Positions 32,101 through 35,475 of a stretch of 35,475 nt of DNA are shown piece after piece. The notes under the pieces were generated by a model. That model made no database searches. It worked only from the letters and a program-made list of their open reading frames with translations, and was not told the DNA's origin. Within the stretch, counting starts at the first letter, position 1. The number at the start of each line of letters is the position of its first letter. Both the position numbers and the translations under genes were made by a program. The stretch comes from Octopus bimaculoides (Eukaryota): assembly GCF_001194135.2 (NCBI RefSeq), contig NC_068991.1, positions 25,907,272 to 25,942,746 of the forward strand, given 5' to 3'.

Positions 32101-34324
32101 AAAAAAAAAAAAAAAAAAGAAATCCCCGAAAACGCTTTTACTATATTTGTTGATTTATTTCTTTAACATGTTTAAATATAAGTTTTATGATAACGTCTGA
32201 TGTTCGCTGATTAAGGAACAGAAGATGAAAAAAAAATAGAAGTTGTAAAAATGTAGTATACTCTTATGAATTATGAAAATGTATTTTTAGAAAGAGATGT
32301 TGTCCATTACATACGTGAAGCTATTAATAAAACACTTGAAGTCTTGATTAATCACGCATTTTTATGTATAGAAGTTCTAGGAACATTTCACTCCCAAAAT
32401 TATGTAAACGACAACCAAATGGTTGACGCCGTCTATCCTATCATTGGGGATAAGTGCTCTTCGTTGTAAAAACATAATTCTCGGTGGTTCAGATTACGTT
32501 GTAGTCTAAACATTTATGTAATGAAGGACCATGTCGGATGCTTACATTGCTTTGGAAAGTTCAAATCTGCGAAGTGCAGTATTCAGACTGATTTTTCTGT
32601 TCAGCTTATCATAATAGCAGTATAATTTTAATGGTTTTCCACCGACCTAGCGTGTCTCACTGTGATTCATGTCTTTTAGAGATATTATAAATGTAGTCTT
32701 AATATATCATATACTGGAGTAAGGTAGATACCACAATTTCTTGACCAAATTAACACAAAGTAATAAGACTAAATACAGTTATTTTATTATTTCGTCTACT
32801 CGCTGCTATCTTGAATTTAGCGTCACTAATTGTTAATGGGAAACATTTAGGAGATTCTCGATACTGGCGTTTCATACCTTCAGTGAATTGTTTCTGCGCA
32901 TGATAATATATTTGGTTTCCAAAGTCATAAGAATTCTAACGATTCAAGCATATGACTGCAATAAATCGGACAAACAATTTAGATATTAAATATACACCTG
33001 AGAGGACATAATTTCATTACAGGATAGGCCCCTATTATCAGCATTATAAGAGTGATAGTAACGTGCAAGATATGAGAAGCTTCTATTCTCAATGCTGCCT
33101 ATAAACATTATCAATGCTGCCTATAAACAAAAGTTTTGATTTAAATCGGTATCGACCCTTATATACTGCATTATGTGAAACCGTACCTGAACAAATCTTT
33201 AAGAATGGTAATGGAATCAAGAAGACAGTATGTTTGTTTAATGGACCTTCTCAATTTTCCACCAGCATGACTCACATTTCGCCATTTAGTGCTGCAATTA
33301 ACAGTTTCGTAATGACGGGGCTGTTTGCTTTTATTCCGTGGCAAATTGGTTGTCGGTTATCTTAACGATTCAACACTGCTTTTCATCATAGACATTTCAA
33401 GTGAGTTACGGCAATTTCCTAGATTTGATTAGAATAAGTAATAGGAATTTTGCATCAGAATTATATTACGCAAACTGAAATAAATTATTTAGCATTGGAT
33501 TTCTTCCATCAAGTACATATTTCATGATTTTACGTCGCATGGATTCTCTCCGCTACGAAAAGTCAGAAAAATGAACAAAGTGTGAAACAGATCAAGACAA
33601 ATAAGAGCGACACATATAGAAATGCAAGAGAGAGGGAGAGGAAAAAGAGAAAAAGGGAGAGAGTGGGGGAGGAGAAATTGAGAGTTATGTAAAAATAAAG
33701 AAGACAGGAAAGAAAAAGAAGTGTTTTAGAAAGGTTGAATTGTTCAGCGAAGTTTGATTGAACGCACATTGATCTCAAATATCAAGTTCGTTTCACTGAT
33801 AATGTGAGGATGTAAATCAATTGACAATGAAAATTACAAATAATACGTAATTTTAGCATCAAACATTTGATAGTCTTATTTTTATAAGCAATCCGTTGAA
33901 TGCTTCATTTATAAACTTTTTCCAAATTTGTATGTATATATATATTTGGGTGAATGTCTTTTTTCCCATTGATAGTGTTTTGGCGGTCATGATGGCTATA
34001 CTAAGTTTAGATGTTACAAAGTTGATCTCGATGACCAGAGATTTGATTTTTCAATAATATATATCTGCTTTGCTTTTCTAAGTTCATCCGAGAACAGTAT
34101 TGATTTTGCATTCAGACAGAAAGGCGTCTTCTTTAAGAAGCATTGTCAATTGATTTGAAAATACTAGGCATTAAGGGATTAAAATAATAATGATAACAAC
34201 AAAAACGCCAACAACAACAACAACAACAACAATGATAATAATGTTAATAATAAAAACACCCACAATGATAATAATAACAATATTATTATTCTTATTATTG
34301 TGGTTGTTATTATAACACCAGCAG

Positions 34325-34799
34325 AATGATCCTAGTTAGTCGACCAGACAATCGTTAAAGATAGGGAAGAAAATACTTGCAGACTAATAGATGTAAGTCT
34401 TCCCACTGATAAGAAAATATATCTGTAAGGGAATTTGACAAATTAAATAATATATTAAGACCTGGAAATGGAAATACAAGAGATGCGGCATCGTAAAGCG
34501 AGAACTCATCCTGTTATTGTGGGTGCGCTACGTATTATAGAAAAGGAATGTCAGAAACATCTAGATAATATCTCAGGAGAATCATGTCTCATAGAAATCC
34601 AAAAGATTGTGCTGACAAGTACTGCTCGCATCCTTAGAAAAAATCCTATCCATTTAAATGTCTGTGTTGTATTACTTAAAGATGTTTCGCCACTGCCCCT
34701 GTCACTTCTCCTCGCCAACTTTCAGTCATACCGTCACTCGCCTTAGGACGCTGGGGGTGTCTTAGCAAGTGACTGTAACAAACATGCATGTTAAAAGTA

Positions 34800-34800
<1 letters not shown>
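34325..34800 (+). mobile_element. 3' end of a REL-endonuclease non-LTR retrotransposon (R4/Dong-like) with 3' UTR
   Basis: RPD..KDREENTCRLIDVSLPTDK..K...Y.DLEMEIQEM..THPVIVGALRII..IQKIVLTSTARILRK is a PD-(D/E)xK REL domain; flanked by (AAC/AAT)n. Confidence 0.85.
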
Positions 34801-34932
<132 letters not shown>

Positions 34933-34934
34933 AA

Positions 34935-35150
34935 TACCCTGCAGTTGCTATCATGGCTCCTGAACATCACTGATTGGAAGTGCTATCATATACATTGTTT
35001 TGTCTTGGTATAAATGATGGGCTACAGTAAATATTCTGCTCAATACCACAGATTTGGTTGTCAGTTGCTTGATCATTACCAGTTGAGGATGTCCTCTAGT
35101 GGCTGATAATATGTGCATCTCTGATGACGAGCAGATGTAGTGGGGAGAGC
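34935..35150 (-). mobile_element. Probable interspersed repeat (SINE/LINE 3' end) whose tail is the adjacent microsatellite
   Basis: Resembles a recalled cephalopod repeat; not verifiable within this window. Confidence 0.4.
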
Positions 35151-35475
35151 GTTAATGATGTTCCAAATTATTATTATTATTATTTTATGTTTGACTTTTG
35201 TTTTGCATTTGTACAAGTTGGATCCAAGTCTCACCCAGAGACCTCAAGAGACAACAAGTTAGAAGTTCATGTAGGTGTTATGCCTAGGGTACCATATATT
35301 TGGATTTGTACAGTTTTGTTCAAGTGAATGTTTAAGAAACCATAAGAAAATTATGTGTTTGCTTTAAAATTTGAGATCACATAGACAGTATTTTACGTAG
35401 GATATGGGCAGTTCCCATGAGCACTATCTTTTGAACTTCAGCCATTTTGGGGTTTCCTGGAATCTGATCTAGGTA

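Overview
AT-rich animal genomic DNA from a draft scaffold with 8 N-gaps. The SINE types and microsatellite load resemble Octopus-type cephalopod DNA (inference from recall). I see no intact host protein-coding gene; most ORFs in the track are microsatellite or gap artefacts. The window holds decayed mobile elements: three Penelope-like element (PLE) relics, a DD41D (rosa-type) Tc1/mariner, a Ty3/Gypsy relic, RTE-like and R4/Dong-like LINE fragments, a gag/ORF1-like zinc-knuckle element and many tRNA-type SINEs. The main unexplained signal is a set of hammerhead ribozyme (HHR) motifs read directly from the sequence. At 16.1-18.0 kb there are four. Two identical, fully canonical type I HHRs lie in an inverted pair of a circularly permuted, highly base-paired unit of about 352 nt that looks like a non-LTR retrozyme (circRNA). 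A third has an unusual 100-nt stem II and a fourth is a sister variant with a palindromic loop III. Further HHR motifs lie near 830, 3650 and 29150. A 183-bp piece of one PLE has also been copied 6.4 kb away into the mariner transposase. All pairings and alignments were done by eye; ribozyme activity and expression are untested.
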